Shown here piece by piece: positions 38,678 through 51,326 of a stretch of DNA of 64,000 bases. The stretch spans positions 9,219,009 through 9,283,008 of the forward strand of contig MU058781.1 in assembly GCA_013265495.1 (NCBI GenBank), given 5' to 3'. The stretch comes from Vicugna vicugna (Eukaryota). The notes under the pieces are model-generated. The model did no database searches. It was not told where the DNA came from and saw only the letters and a program-made list of their open reading frames with translations. Numbering within the stretch: the first letter of the stretch is position 1; each line of letters begins with the position of its first letter. The position numbers were made by a program, and so were the translations under genes.

Positions 38678-39130
38678 CGTTACTGAACCAAACTCGGGTC
38701 CGCTGGCCCGGGCGCAATAAAGCCGATCTACTGCCGACACCTGGGTGGTGAGGCCAGGGCAGCGTTTACTGCAGGAACCCAGCAAGGAGCCCCGCCCAGC
38801 TCGTGCTCAGAGCACGAGAAGCCCTCCGTGGGTTTCAGCAAAGCATTTTTAAAGGCCAGGTTGAGGGCGGGGCATCCCAGGGCGTGTGATCAGCGCATGC
38901 ACATTCTCTGATTGGCTGATGGTGAGGTTAACAGGGCGGGTTAGGCTGGGGGGGGCCCAGGGACTGCATTCTCAAGGTCATCAAGTAGTTAACACCTTCC
39001 ACTTGGTGGAGTTTTCTCATCTGTAAAACAACTCAGGAAACGTGAATCAGCTATTGTTATCTAGGTGCTTCAGAGAGGAGCTAAAGCTGAGGACATGGGG
39101 GAGGGGTCTGCCCCGGGAAGACCCCTGCTC
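38678..39130 (-). mobile_element. ERV1-class solo LTR, CpG-rich, promoter facing left
   Basis: Starts (c)gttactgaaccaaactcggg. On the minus strand the order is CCAAT box (agccaatcag 38908-38917), GC box (38863-38873), TATA-like ctttaaaaa (38846-38854), poly(A)-signal variant agtaaa (38765-38770). Confidence 0.82.
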
Positions 39131-39949
39131 CCCTCAGCCTCCTCCACCCGCCTTGCAGGCCTAGGCAGGCACACACTGGCAGCATCCTTCATACTCAGCC
39201 TGGCGGGCCTGGAGGTTCAGGAATGCTTCTGCAGAGACTCAGGACTCCAGGAAGCATGCTCTAGGAACAGGTGAAGCACAGGCTCTGGGGGCACATGTCC
39301 CCTTGACCCACTGACTTTTTGTCCTTGGTGGGGGGTGGTGGTGGAGGCTGTGACAGGGAATGACAGCGGAGGGGCAGAGCAGGGCCTTCTAAAATGCAGC
39401 TCTCAACAGCGTGGTGCCCAGGGCACAGGCCCCCCTCTCTGGGTCTAAAGGCTTTCTTTCTCTGGTATAGCCTCAGGCATCTGCTATGTTGTGTGGGCTG
39501 GAAAGGGGCAGGATATGATGCGGTAGGAAACTGAGCTTCCACAATTCCACCTCTGGGCCTCCTAGGGGGAAAGGCCCTGTGCCTCCCCCTTTTGTTAAAA
39601 CTAAATTAAACATACGCGTGTGCATAGCCCACAGTTTGATTTTGGAATCTCCAATTCTCAAAGAATGAGGGCAGGCTCATGAGGGACACCTGAGGAAAAC
39701 CCAGAGCGCTCACCTGGAAGAGCTTAATCATTCAGTGACTTTGTTGGCTGTTTCTGCTCCCCACCCAACCGAAAACCTGGGGGAGGGGCATGTTTAGACC
39801 TTCAGTAAAAGGGGGAAATTTAACAGGAGGTCCATCAAGATATGCAAATTTGGACATAGGAAGAGAAGGCAGTCTGCTAAGATCTGTTACATAGCCCCGA
39901 TTGGTGGAGGGCCAGCTGGGTTCTGGGATGACTGTACCTTCGGTCGATA

Positions 39950-40340
39950 AGGTGATGGTGATGGTGAGGATGATAACAAGGACACTAACATACACTAAGT
40001 ACCAAGTGGGTGCCAAGCATTGTGCCAAATACATTATGTACACATATCTAATAAAATAGCATATAATTACACGTTATGTAATATATACCTTTTATGTATA
40101 TATAATTATACAATTTATAATTATAAATAAAATTTTCTAAATTATAAATTGTATACTATTTATATATAAATAAAGTGTCTATATTCTATCATATAAATAA
40201 TTTAACACTCACAGCATCCCTTTGAAGAGATGAAGCTTAAAATGGTTCAGTAACTTAGCCTGGAGTAATGTTGCTAGTTAAGTGGTAACACAGATTACAA
40301 GCCAGGTTTGTCTTAACTACAGAGCCTAAACTCTTAGCCA
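39950..40340 (-). mobile_element. MIR SINE split by an AT-rich expansion
   Basis: gtgccaagcattgtgccaaatacatt ... tttaacactcacagcatccc...aacttagcctggag...ccaggtttgtc. Confidence 0.7.
40045..40200. repeat. AT-rich low-complexity tract with palindromes
   Basis: Very high A+T content. 16-bp inverted repeat at 40107-40122/40140-40155. Confidence 0.9.
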
Positions 40341-41489
40341 GTGTGTTTATAACCAGTTGGTACTTTATAAAAATAGGTAAATTGGTGGCCATCCAGCCAA
40401 AGATAGACCCAGCCACAACTCTCTGATGTCTTTCCCACCAAATGAAAGCTTTAGGCATGCTGACCTGAATGAAGAAAGATGGCCTGAGGGAGCAGTCCCC
40501 TACAATGTGACGGCCAGGTGCACGAGGACCAAAGATCTGAGCATTTCCTCAGCCTGAGGGGTCAGGGCCAAGCATAACTTAAGAGGCAGGCCTTGTGCTG
40601 CTTCTGATGCAGAGGACCAGAGCTAGTGACCAGAAGCTGAGTCCAGGAAACTTAGCAGATGTGGGAAGTAGAGAGAATGTTCTCATGCATCAATACAAAT
40701 CTTAGAGAAGCCGGGTCTAGGGTTCAGTTAAGAGAGAACTGGATAAATCTCACCGACAAGACTGGATCCAAGAGAGGGATTCATGAAGAGGGGGAGAGGG
40801 CAGGCCTTAACTCACTTACGTTTTCATTAAGACCGAGAGAAACGAATCCTGTAAGCGTTCTTGTGATTCTTTAACTTTGTTAAAATTACATTTGTTTCCC
40901 ATCATCATTTCCTTGAAACTGCATGCCGAAGAATGACTTGAAAGATGAAGAGATTTGTTCCTTGGTTCTGAAAAAAACTATTAGGAGCCAGAAGGGAAGT
41001 GGAAAAGAGAAAAGCCAATCGGGAAAAGTGGGAGAGGAAAGGGAAGAGGCGGAGGAGAACAGCTGGTGACTTTTCAAGAGGCAAATGGGTTACGTTTCAA
41101 GGGCCTGCAGGGAAGAGAAAGGAAAGCTGGCCCAAGAAGGGGATAGACCTTGGGAATTAATTACGTATGTCCTGACACCTCCTCCATCCCAGTACTGATG
41201 TTGAGTTACCGGGGTCCCCAGGCTCAGAGGGTTAAGGCTCACCTGGGCCACAGGGATTGAGACTGGGGAGGGCCCGCTCCCCTCCACCATAAATGTGGGA
41301 TTTGCACGTTTCAAGTTAAAACATAGGATCATGGGCGTTTGCAGGCAGCCACTCATCATGTTAAAGAAACAATGCCACATAAACAACAGTACGTTGTTTT
41401 CAAAATTCTGTTTTCATCATATATAATTTTAGTTAAAGGAAAGTACTGTAAACAAATGTTGAAGTCTAGTTAAGGTCTTCAGCAGGCAT

Positions 41490-41708
41490 CCCCTTAAGGG
41501 TGGAGTATACTAGTGTCTGCAGCTTACTCTGAAATGCATTGTCAATAAGATGGATTGATGGATGGACAGAGGAGAAGAAAGCTGGATACAGATGTGATCA
41601 GGACAGTACAGAAAAATGTCATTTACAGAATCTAGGGGGTTGGTATATGGGTGTTCACTCCTTTTTAGCTTTTCTCTATGTTTGGAAATTTTCATTTAAA
41701 AAATGTTG
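41490..41708 (+). mobile_element. Old L1 (L1MC/ME) 3' end
   Basis: gaatctagggggttggtatatgggtgttcact...ttttctctatgtttggaaattttcatttaaaaaatg. Confidence 0.75.
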
Positions 41709-42245
41709 GAAAGATTCTCTTACTAGAGAGAAGGGCCTCTTTATAAAGATAGTCCACAGACACAAGATTTTCAAACTTTTGATTGTGCCATTTTTTACAA
41801 AAGCCCCCCTGAATAATGTGGGTGCTTTCGTTTACCTTTACCTGTTTCTTTTGTCTCACCTGCCTTTTTCTCTATGGCAGCCTAGGGGAGCACACATATT
41901 GGTACTTGGTAAAGGCATGTTTCATTCCTACACACTTAAAACTTAGGGTAAACTGTACTATGTCACTGTCCTTGTTGCATATGTTAATTAGAGAAATCCC
42001 ATGTCAACTAGGAATAGTCTATTTGACTATATGCAAAATGCATCGGTTCACCACAGTATGCATCTTGCAGAAAAGACTGCGATTATGAAATGATAAAAAG
42101 CACCAGGCATTTTTGTGGATTCTGAGTGTGATTCTTGATGTTTACATTTAAAATCACTCCTTGTGATTGTTGCTGATGCTCTGTAGTGACTTGGGAGTTA
42201 GGAGTTAGGAGGGAGGGGAAAACTATCTTTCTCGTGCTTACCGAA

Positions 42246-42266
42246 AACACACACACACACACACAC
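42246..42266. repeat. (CA)n microsatellite
   Basis: Direct reading. Other CA tracts lie at ~32549, ~44276, ~44963 and ~45020-45058. Confidence 0.95.
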
Positions 42267-45200
42267 TCAAAAATAATGTCAAGCCATGATTGTCTGAGAT
42301 TCACCCAAATTAACCCCTGCTAGTATACTTTCACAGTTGTTTCTTTGCTTTTTCAAATTATCTGCAATTGTAAATTTCTTAGTCTTTTTCAACTATGTTA
42401 TGCTCATCTAGAACGTTGTAAGACATATCTGTAGTGAAAAAGTTGGCAATAATGGATTAGAAATTATCTAAAGAACTGATTTTAAAATACTATGTTCAAT
42501 TACGTTCAGTGACTCAGAGTTTGAAAAGAGAATTTAATTTTAGATAAACATTGGAGTCCGAGATTTTTAAGTTAGCAGCTCGAGATGATGAATCTTTTTT
42601 TGTGGCAAAACAAGGGAATTTCAGGATCATCAAGCACTAAGATGTGGCAGTACTAGTGGCACCTGCATCCTAAAGAAATAAAACAAACCCCTCAAAATTT
42701 TCCAAGAAAATGAAATACAAATACTTGAATCATAGAGCTACCAGCTTCAAATTTGCTATTTTTATCAAGTGAATACAAGTGGTGTCTGACTCCCAAAAAA
42801 GTAACAAAAATAATTTCCAATTATTCTTTGAAAATTTTAGGATACCTGTTAATACTTAAATATCAACATGTAAACCAGTTTGCTCAATCAGTGATTAATT
42901 ATCCTGCTCCAATTTTGACTATTGGAGAGTTTTAAAACGCCAGAAATTAAAAACCCTGTGCAGACTATCAAAGCTATGTGTTTTTTTTAAATACAAAAGA
43001 AAACACTTTGGCACCTAGGCAGTGTGGGCTTGTGAAAAGCTCTTTGTCAGTAACAGCCAAGCTTCTTTCTCAAAAGATAAGAATAATAGGTCCAGAAGTA
43101 GAAATGTGAGCTATCGCACAAAACAATATGGTAACATAATTGATCTCTAGTGAATCGCTTGCTCTCTTTAAACAAATTATTTACTACGTAAAACTGTTTT
43201 CCCCTTTCCTTTGAAAAGCCTTAAAACCTTGAATATATTCAGAACAAGGGAACAAAAACTATATTTAAAGCATTTTTTTTTAATACCATGTTTTCATTTG
43301 TATTTAGAAAAAAACACAGGGGAAAAGAAAGTTGTTAGTTATCCCGAAGGCAGTGAGAATAACCGTAAGTGGAAAGAAAGTACAACATAAAAAACTCATA
43401 GCCACTGAAACCAGACAGCAAAGAACATCATCAATCATACAAATGATGAGAAATACAACTTACCTCCTTCTGACAGGCATTTGCAGGAGTGTGGGGAGGG
43501 GTAAACCGGAGTAACAGATTAAGAAAGATACCAGAGTTCAGGGGCTTCAGCAAACAACTCATAATACCAGACAGGTACGTGTCAGACCTACCTTCCCCCG
43601 CCCCCCGAGACTGTCAGCCCTCAGAAACCCCACCTAGACAGTCAAACTTAAGTCGCCTGACTAGGAGAAACCCACATACTGTTCTCATCATGTTACTGAA
43701 AGTGAAATTCCCTAAGTCACTGTGCCTATTAAGTGACTACAGTCCGTCCTCCACGCAGGTGTTAAGAACCATGCCACTCTCTCAGGGTGGCACTGTGAGC
43801 CCTGAGATTCAAAGTACAGCAGTTCAGGTGAGACTTCTACCTAGCGAGCAAGCAGACACAACCCCGACCAAAGTCTAGTCCCAAAGCTTCATTTACTCAC
43901 TCAGTCAGACACACATGCTGTTAATAAAGGCTGCACAGGGTTATTCCTGGATGTGTCTCTTGAGCTTCTTTTCAGTCTGAGAGGTTTTTAACTCATCACA
44001 CCAGGACTGTAATGCCCTGAAAGGCTCTCTGACCTGAAAGCAGACAGGGGTTTCAAAGAAGAAACAAAGGCGAACACTTCGTCCTGGCTGCATTTTTAAA
44101 CTCCTCTCCCAGAACACAGTCTTCCCTCCCTTCTGGTAAACACATGCTTATATATATTAAAATTAAAAGGGTGTATAAATGAACAAGGCTACACTCTCCT
44201 GTATCGAAGGATCAAACCCAAATCCATGACAGCTCACCATTTCCCCAAACAGGCATTTGGGGTATAGGCATCGGAAACACACACACACACACATAGAAAT
44301 GCAAACCCAACAAAAGAGACATTGTAACCTAGGAGAATGTTCTTTGCTTTGGGAGTTAAGGTATCACACACACTGCGTCACTTTTGTTCCAGTGCAAAAG
44401 CTCACGGGTGCCAGGCATGGTGACATACAATGGGCTTTAAAACCACACAGTCTTAGCAAATTAGAGATCATTTGATGGTATTCTATTGTTGCTATTGTAA
44501 TCACAGTAATTTTCCCTGGTAATGGTGCTTCGTGATGAAGTGCAGTTCTCACAGGATAATTGTGAAAGATACCGAAAGATTCAGGGATGCAGCATCTGGT
44601 TTTAAAAGCTCTTCAGATTCCAATTGGCATTTTACTTTTATCTTGAAAATTTATTACAGATTCAGATCATGCCGGTTTAAATGGAAAGGTGAAAGCAGGG
44701 TAATTTCAATCTATGAATTATTCAATCTCAGCCTGGCGAAATTGCCATCCATGAACGGAGGCTCTGACAGTCCTCTCGCAGAGCCTCCATTACGCTTGTC
44801 ATTTTTATTTCTTTATCTACGATCTCCTTCTCAGTTACCGAGCTGTCCCTTAGGGCTCAGCTTCACAAACCAAAGTATTTCCAATTGGCAATAACCTAAA
44901 TGTGCAGCTGTCTCAAATTGCTGTCTCCACAGGCTGCATTTTTTTCTTTCCCAAATCATTAAACACACACACACACACCCCCATGATAATATCTGTTAGG
45001 CTGTTCAATTAGATGAAAACAAACACACATACACATACACACCCCACACACACACACAGAGGAAGGCATCATTGCGAAGAAGAGTTATGTTCCGCTAACA
45101 TCACAAGAGAAGATACAGTGATGCTTTCTGCTTCCTTCTTTGTTGTCAGTGTGACCCATCCTAGTTGCATAACATCACGCAGGAAGGAGCCAGCACTAAA

Positions 45201-48200
45201 CAGGCTCGCCTGGCACCCTGATTTCCAACCAGCGCAGATGAAGACTGCATGGAAGGCAGACTAATCCAGGCAACTGTATACTTAGCGAGCACGATTATTT
45301 AGGAAAATAAGAAGCCATCAGAGGACCGCAATTAAACTGTCATTCTCCCAGGCTCCACCTGCACCCAGACTGCAGTCGCAACGACTCTCCACTTGATGGC
45401 TGGTTGTGTCACTGCTAGTCGACAGCTGTCCCTGCATCCAGAGAGGACTGGGATGGATTTAGGTCAGTGAGTCTGGTTTCTCCTTTAACACCGTGTTATA
45501 ACTGAGAAGTGGGGATCTGCACCAGCCCCGGTGACCAGCCAGAACGGGGAGCTGGGAGAGTCACACAGCATCCGTCCGGGGGAGTCTGCCCGCTCAGGCC
45601 CCAGCCGGACAAAGCTTTGGCAAGCAGCATCTCCTTTGTCCTAGCCTTTATTCCTGCAGGTGGAGCAGCGTGGCGTGACAAGCCCGCACACTATTCCCAC
45701 AAGTGGTGGGGAACCAGCCGGGCTCCACCAGAGGCAGTCTGGCCCCCAGGCTCCGAGCAGGACCTGCTCTGCTGGAAATTCACGCTGCCAAGGGTGAAGC
45801 CGTCGTGTACATGCAGACTGCTTCTCTGCTTCTGGCTAAACCAAGGTAAATACTCCTCACGTCAGAAATGCTGAGCGGCGGCAGGAAAAAGAACACTTTC
45901 AAACTCTGTCGCTCTTTGCCTAGTTGTATGCCTGGTGACGTGGAGCCGGCAGCAGCCAGGGCTTGGGCAGCTGCGATGACACGGCAGTCAGCTGACTTGC
46001 AGGGCGTTTTATCGTTCAGTGTCCTCTCCAGAATCAGGCACCAGCCAGACGACCTTGACTCTGAAGCGGAGCTTCAGGAGGGCAGCCTTCCACCGGCCCC
46101 ACCTGGCAGCACTACCCCCACACCTGGCAGGGACATCTCACAATGCGTGTCTCTCAGGCAGAGTTTTTAACTCCCAGCCTTCGGGACTTAACTATTTCTG
46201 TCCTGCCTGCTAAGATGGCAGGTGATGCTTGGGGTGACTGGTCCGATGTGAAAACAGGTGAAAATCCTCACTGTCCCTATTGCGTGGGTTAGTTTCAGCA
46301 TCCACAGAATCATGGTGGGAGAGTTCCTGCCTGCGTTTTGATTTTAAAAAGCACATTGCTTTTTTGTTTAAAGCAGGTAGAAATTCCCTTAAGCTACTTG
46401 TATGCTGTAATGAACTAGTACACTGTACCTCACGGAAAGGCAAGAGCAATAAGAAAAAACCCGAAGGTAAATTAGTCCAGCAAGAGCCTTAAATCATGGT
46501 CCGGCTGCTGTAAAGCCGTGTGCAGGCTCTACTGCAGAAAGCAGGTCGTGCATCCCAATTAACTGACAATGGAGCAAAAGCCTTATATGGTATTACCCTA
46601 GTGATTTGAGGAATGCTAAAATAAGAAAGCAGTCATTACCAGGCATTTGTTTAATGACTGTAATCATACTGAATTAATTTAACTTGCTGCCATGTTGAAC
46701 AGAAAGTCAATTATAAATCTGGGCTAAAAGAATAACAATACTAGCGTTTGCACGGCACCTTCCTCTGAGGAGACATCCCCTGAAGATAATCTCCTACCCC
46801 CGATATTTACCGAGCACTCAGGATGTGCTAAGTGCTCCGGAACAGCCCACCACCAGCCCGTCTGAGGACAGGTGCTTATTATGGTTCTGAGCCAGAAGGG
46901 CACATACATAGCACGCAGCACACAGAGGGTCACTGTGTGGGCCACTGCAAGTCATTTTATAAGGATTCCACAATTTTTTTCCCCACTTGTGCCTCATGAA
47001 TTTAATTTTTCTGTTTGCTTCTTATTTGGTTCTCTTGACATGAATCCCACTGGAAAGAGGAAGTTTTTAGAGACCAAACAGACAGGTCAAAACTAGACAG
47101 GAGAGCATCATCCCTGTAATTTGGGAATGACTGTGAGTGTTAAGTGACATTTAAATAAAGGACTGATTCTGCTTCGAGGCGGTGGGCTGGTGGGAGTGAG
47201 CCTCAGGCCTATGCTGCAGGATGCTACCTGGACAGAGTCGAAGAGAGGCCTTCTCTTCTGTACCTTTTTCAGCTCTCATTCAAGAATCCAACTCTGAGAA
47301 ATTCGCCTTGCCACCTTCTTTCAAAACCTGCTGTCAGGAAATGAGCCCCCAGCGATACAAATAACCAATCAGTTATAGTGTAATTCCTCAGAGGCACTTA
47401 GAGTTTTGCAGAAAATAAACCTCCCAGAAAAGGCATGGCTCTAGTAGGGGAATTTCAAACACGAAGGCTCCCAGTAGGAAATCATTTCTGTGGGGCAAGG
47501 AGGCCTTCTGGGGAGTCCACGTCTCCATCATCTGGCAGGTCTGCGTCCAGGGTGCTGACCTCCCAGTGGAGCGGGTGAGGCTTGGCCTGGAACCCGAGGA
47601 AGCCAGCAGGTGCCCTGGATGTGCGCGGTCGGTGTGGGTCATGGGGGGCACAGGAGACTCTGGCAGCCCGTCCTCAGGGCATCCCATCTTTCCTCATGAT
47701 TTCCCTCAGGCCTCCAACCACCAAGGAAAAGTGGCCCAAACACCGGTATTTTTCAAAAGCTCCCCACACCCCACCACCACCAGGTAATTAATTCCACCAG
47801 GGATCCAAGATGGAGAACTGCTGATTAAACACTGCGACGCATTCCTTTATGCATGTTGAATTTCTGGTTGGAAATTCAAACACATAGAATATATCATCAT
47901 TGAACATGAGAATAAAGAAATAAAATTGAGTCCTTAAACATGTCTATCTTTGCTGTTAAAATTCTGTCCAAATGAGTACAAAGGACATGATTTTATTGAG
48001 GAAACCTATGTGGTATGTCCCTATGTCCTCTGTAACTGGGGACAGTCTGCCACATGTGGTAGTCACACCCTCCCCGAGCTCCTGGCTCCCTCTTTTCTTC
48101 CAGCACCTCGTGTCCGACTTTTTGCTCACTTAGTGTCTTCCTCTGTGGACTTAGCTCTTCCCAGGCAGGGTCACAGGGTCTTCACTCTGCCTGGTCAGTG

Positions 48201-48691
48201 ATGTGTCTTCATTATTGGCAAAAGGAACGGGGGAATGCTAAAGGACGTTTCCCTGTTAGAGAAGACACTTCAGCGACGTCCAGGTTTCCAGCATGAGAAC
48301 ATCAAGCTTTTCCTTCATCGTGTAGATTATCCTGAAATAACAGGCTTCCCAATTACTGGGGAAAAAAATGCTCATTTTCAACTATAAATAGTGATTCAAA
48401 GCCAAGGGAGCAAAGAATTAAAAAGGGTGGAATAGGTGGAAAAATGGATGACAGGTTTTATGAAAGTCTATCAAAATCCCATTAGTATTTAATGGCTAAT
48501 ACATTTCAGTTAAATTTAGGTGTTTGTTGCATGTATTTTATTTTCCTTTTCATTTTGGAGAGTGAGGCCAATGAGGTGGTGGCTCTTCATATTTTTACTA
48601 GGAATCTGCCCTCTCTCAGCACAGATGATGAAAAAAAATTCTGTTCCTAAACCCTCTGGAACTCTCCATTTGGATATGTTCACATCCTTTT

Positions 48692-48797
48692 AAAAAAACA
48701 ACTGATTAATTAATTTTTTAACAGAGGTACAAAGGATTGAATCCAGGACCTTGTGCATGCTAAGCACACACTCTACCACTGAGCTACACCCTCCCCC
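48692..48797 (-). mobile_element. Camelid tRNA-Ala-derived SINE (Vic-1 type)
   Basis: Reverse reads gggggagggtgtagctcagtggtagagtgtgtgcttagcatgcacaaggtcctggattcaatcc. TSD caYatcctttt at 48681-48691 and 48806-48816. Confidence 0.92.
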
Positions 48798-48831
48798 GAA
48801 CCCCCCATATCCTTTTTTGTTTTTTTTTTGC

Positions 48832-48937
48832 CGTATGCTCTCTGGCAATCTGGTAAAGTTTGAGGATCAGTTCTCAACAATGCTTTTATATGCACATACA
48901 GTACAATAGATGAGATCACAAAGGAAACTAATTGTCT
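48832..48937. mobile_element. hAT-Charlie fragment (Charlie4-like)
   Basis: tggcaatctggtaaag...ttctcaacaatgcttttatatgca...atcacaaaggaaactaatt. Confidence 0.55.
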
Positions 48938-49699
48938 TCAATATCCTAGCCTTAGAAAATCAAAATACTTTCCAAGGTGAAATTGCAAAGTGACTTTGCC
49001 TCTTTTCCAACAATTACCCAATAAGAAAGCAAGTTCAAGAAGAGCCTGGACAAGATAAAGGGGTGGAGAGGGGAATAGATGACTGAATGTATTGAATTTC
49101 ATTAAACTTGAAACTGAGTATTTCTTCTCAAAAGTAGGGACCTTCTTAATGACTAGCAGATTCCTTGGGTAGAGAAATAGCTGAAAAGAGGTGGGGCAGA
49201 GCCATGCTTACTTCCACTCTTCCCAGCCCAAGCACAAAAGAGCAAAAATAGGATAAAGTTACCACCGTGGTACCCTAGACTCAAAATCCCAAGGGAAGAG
49301 AGAACAAATTCAGGCAGTCCTTACAGACCGAGTGTTATCGGTATTAAGTTCTGTCAGTTCAAAGAAAGGACAGGTCTCCAAGCTCTCCCTGCCCTGCCTC
49401 CTTCCACACGTTGTGGGTCTCCTCGCCCGCCTACTAGGTTCTTGCTCATTTTTAGAGCCGAAGGTCCACTCCTGGAAAGTGGCATCCAATGTGACAACGG
49501 GAAGTCTCCCAATAGCCAGTCTGTGGCCCAAGAGACATCACCTACTAGGCCCTAAAGAAAGGGGTGTTTTAACCCAAATACCAATGCTATATAATAACTA
49601 CTGCAAAGAGAAGACCAAAAGCAATTCCCACTTTGTGAGTGTCCACATTGTGCCCAGTGCACATGATCAGATCGTCTTCCCGATTAAGAACAAAAACAG

Positions 49700-49940
49700 A
49701 CACATGGCACTTTCTATGGCCAGAGTTCCGAGTACTTTCCATAAAATAACTCATTTAATACCCACAGCAGCACCATCAGGAAGACACTATTACTCCTACA
49801 GCAGCTCCATTAGGTGGGGAACCCAAAGCTTGAAGAGGCGAGTATTATTCAAATCACACATCTGGTAGATACAGGCTTGTGGATGCAAACCCAGGTTGTC
49901 TGATCTGAGTTCAAATTCAAATCTATGCTCTTAACTATTA
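49700..49940 (-). mobile_element. MIR SINE
   Basis: aactcatttaatacccacagcagcacc...ggatgcaaacccaggttgtctga...tgctcttaactatt. Confidence 0.75.
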
Positions 49941-50163
49941 ATATTCAAGAATGAGCTTCCTACAATTCAGTGTTCACTTGTGACAGTCTCTCAGGTGGGT
50001 TGGAAGAGCCTAATAGAAAGAAGGAAAAGTTGGAACTGAGGCTTGGAGTCACTCAGGGGAAGGGTTAAAATCTAAGAGTTGGTGAGTAGGGAGACCCTGT
50101 CCCATATCAATTATTAGAAAACTGGGCTTTTCAGTGAAGTGTTCCTTCAGCGATGTTTGAACT

Positions 50164-50356
50164 CAGTGGTATGCTGGGAAACTGACTTGGGTCGGGGTGG
50201 GGAGCCCTGGCTTGTAGTGTTTCTCAATTTTCATGGTGTAAATATTCCCACTTTGGCTGACTTCAAGATTCCAAGTAACAGCCTGTTCCCAAGATCCCTG
50301 CGTATTTAGCAGTTGGTTCTCACAAGCTAGTAGGAGTTGCCTTCAGCACACCACAG
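50164..50356. mobile_element. MER63-type hAT MITE
   Basis: TIRs cagtggtatgctg ... cagcacaccacag with internal ggtgtaaatattcccac. 8-bp TSD tttgaact/tttgggct. Confidence 0.85.
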
Positions 50357-51276
50357 TTTGGGCTCAAGCAACGGATTGCCCTGCCGCCTCCAGAAGCCAG
50401 ATCATTTTATGACGCTTCTGTGTTCAGGACAGACTTCATCTCTCTGATTAAATCCCAGCTCTCTGATGCTTCAAGGTCTTAGATGGTTTCCTGTACCTTT
50501 CTTGCTCTCCCTCCCCTCCCAACCGGTATGCTTGTACTTCTTGCATTTAATGAAAGATGTTTTTGCTTGCATTGTTCTTGATCTTAAAGGAAGGTGAGAC
50601 ATTCATGTTTCTCTTCTCTTGACCATCTAATAAACTTAACAAAGGTGTGTAGCTTTTTAAGTGGGAGGGACCCTGGACTGACTGGGTAAAAGGTTCCTCT
50701 CCATGAATTGGCCAGCCTTTGGGGACAACTCAGGAGCCTGCAGGTGGGTGTTTACACGTGCCCATCCATACACACATGCATTCAAATAATGTAGATTGCA
50801 AGCCTTGGATAGCCAGGAGCAGGTACAAAAACACCACAGCCACCATTTTGGATTTGCATCTGTTCCTAAGTGTGTCCCCGTCCTTGAGCCAGTGCACAGA
50901 ATCTGGAGACCCCAACAGCCAAGCAAGTCACTGTGAAAGTATCTGATTACCACGAGGTCACGATATGAATTTAGACCTAGCAAATTAAATTGTAATTACC
51001 CTTTGAGAAACCATGTAACTCTAAGGATAATCACCATGTTCTGTGTAATGTTTTTTTAGATCTTTGGGGGCGCTAATTTGTAAAGCACATATAACTAAAT
51101 GAATAATTACAGCAAGGGGCTGAAAGGCAATTACAAAATAATTGCATACTATTTGATCTCTCCATGCAAACATGTTTAATAGAAGATTCCCCTAAACTGT
51201 TGCCTGTACCTGTGGAACACTTTAAAGTTATTCCTTTTGTCCTTAGTTCTGCTTAATGCTAAGCCATAGCTCTTTT

Positions 51277-51326
51277 TTTTTTTCCCATTGCGTCTTTTTA
51301 ATTGAGGTATAGTCAGTTACAATGTG
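51277..51326 (-). mobile_element. 50-bp micro LINE-1 insertion
   Basis: Minus strand: cacattgtaactgactatacctcaattaaaaa-gacgcaatggg-poly(A). Perfect 15-bp TSD agccatagctctttt at 51262-51276 and 51327-51341. Confidence 0.95.

Noticed and set aside
45653..45740. CTCF-like motifs (cctgcaggtggagc, ccaccagaggcag); also tcacctggtggcgg near 58900
   Set aside because: Each deviates at core positions and cannot be supported without PWM scoring or ChIP.
49332..49868. Longest ORF (178 aa)
   Set aside because: GTG start, no recognisable domain, and the 3' part runs through a MIR; a chance ORF.
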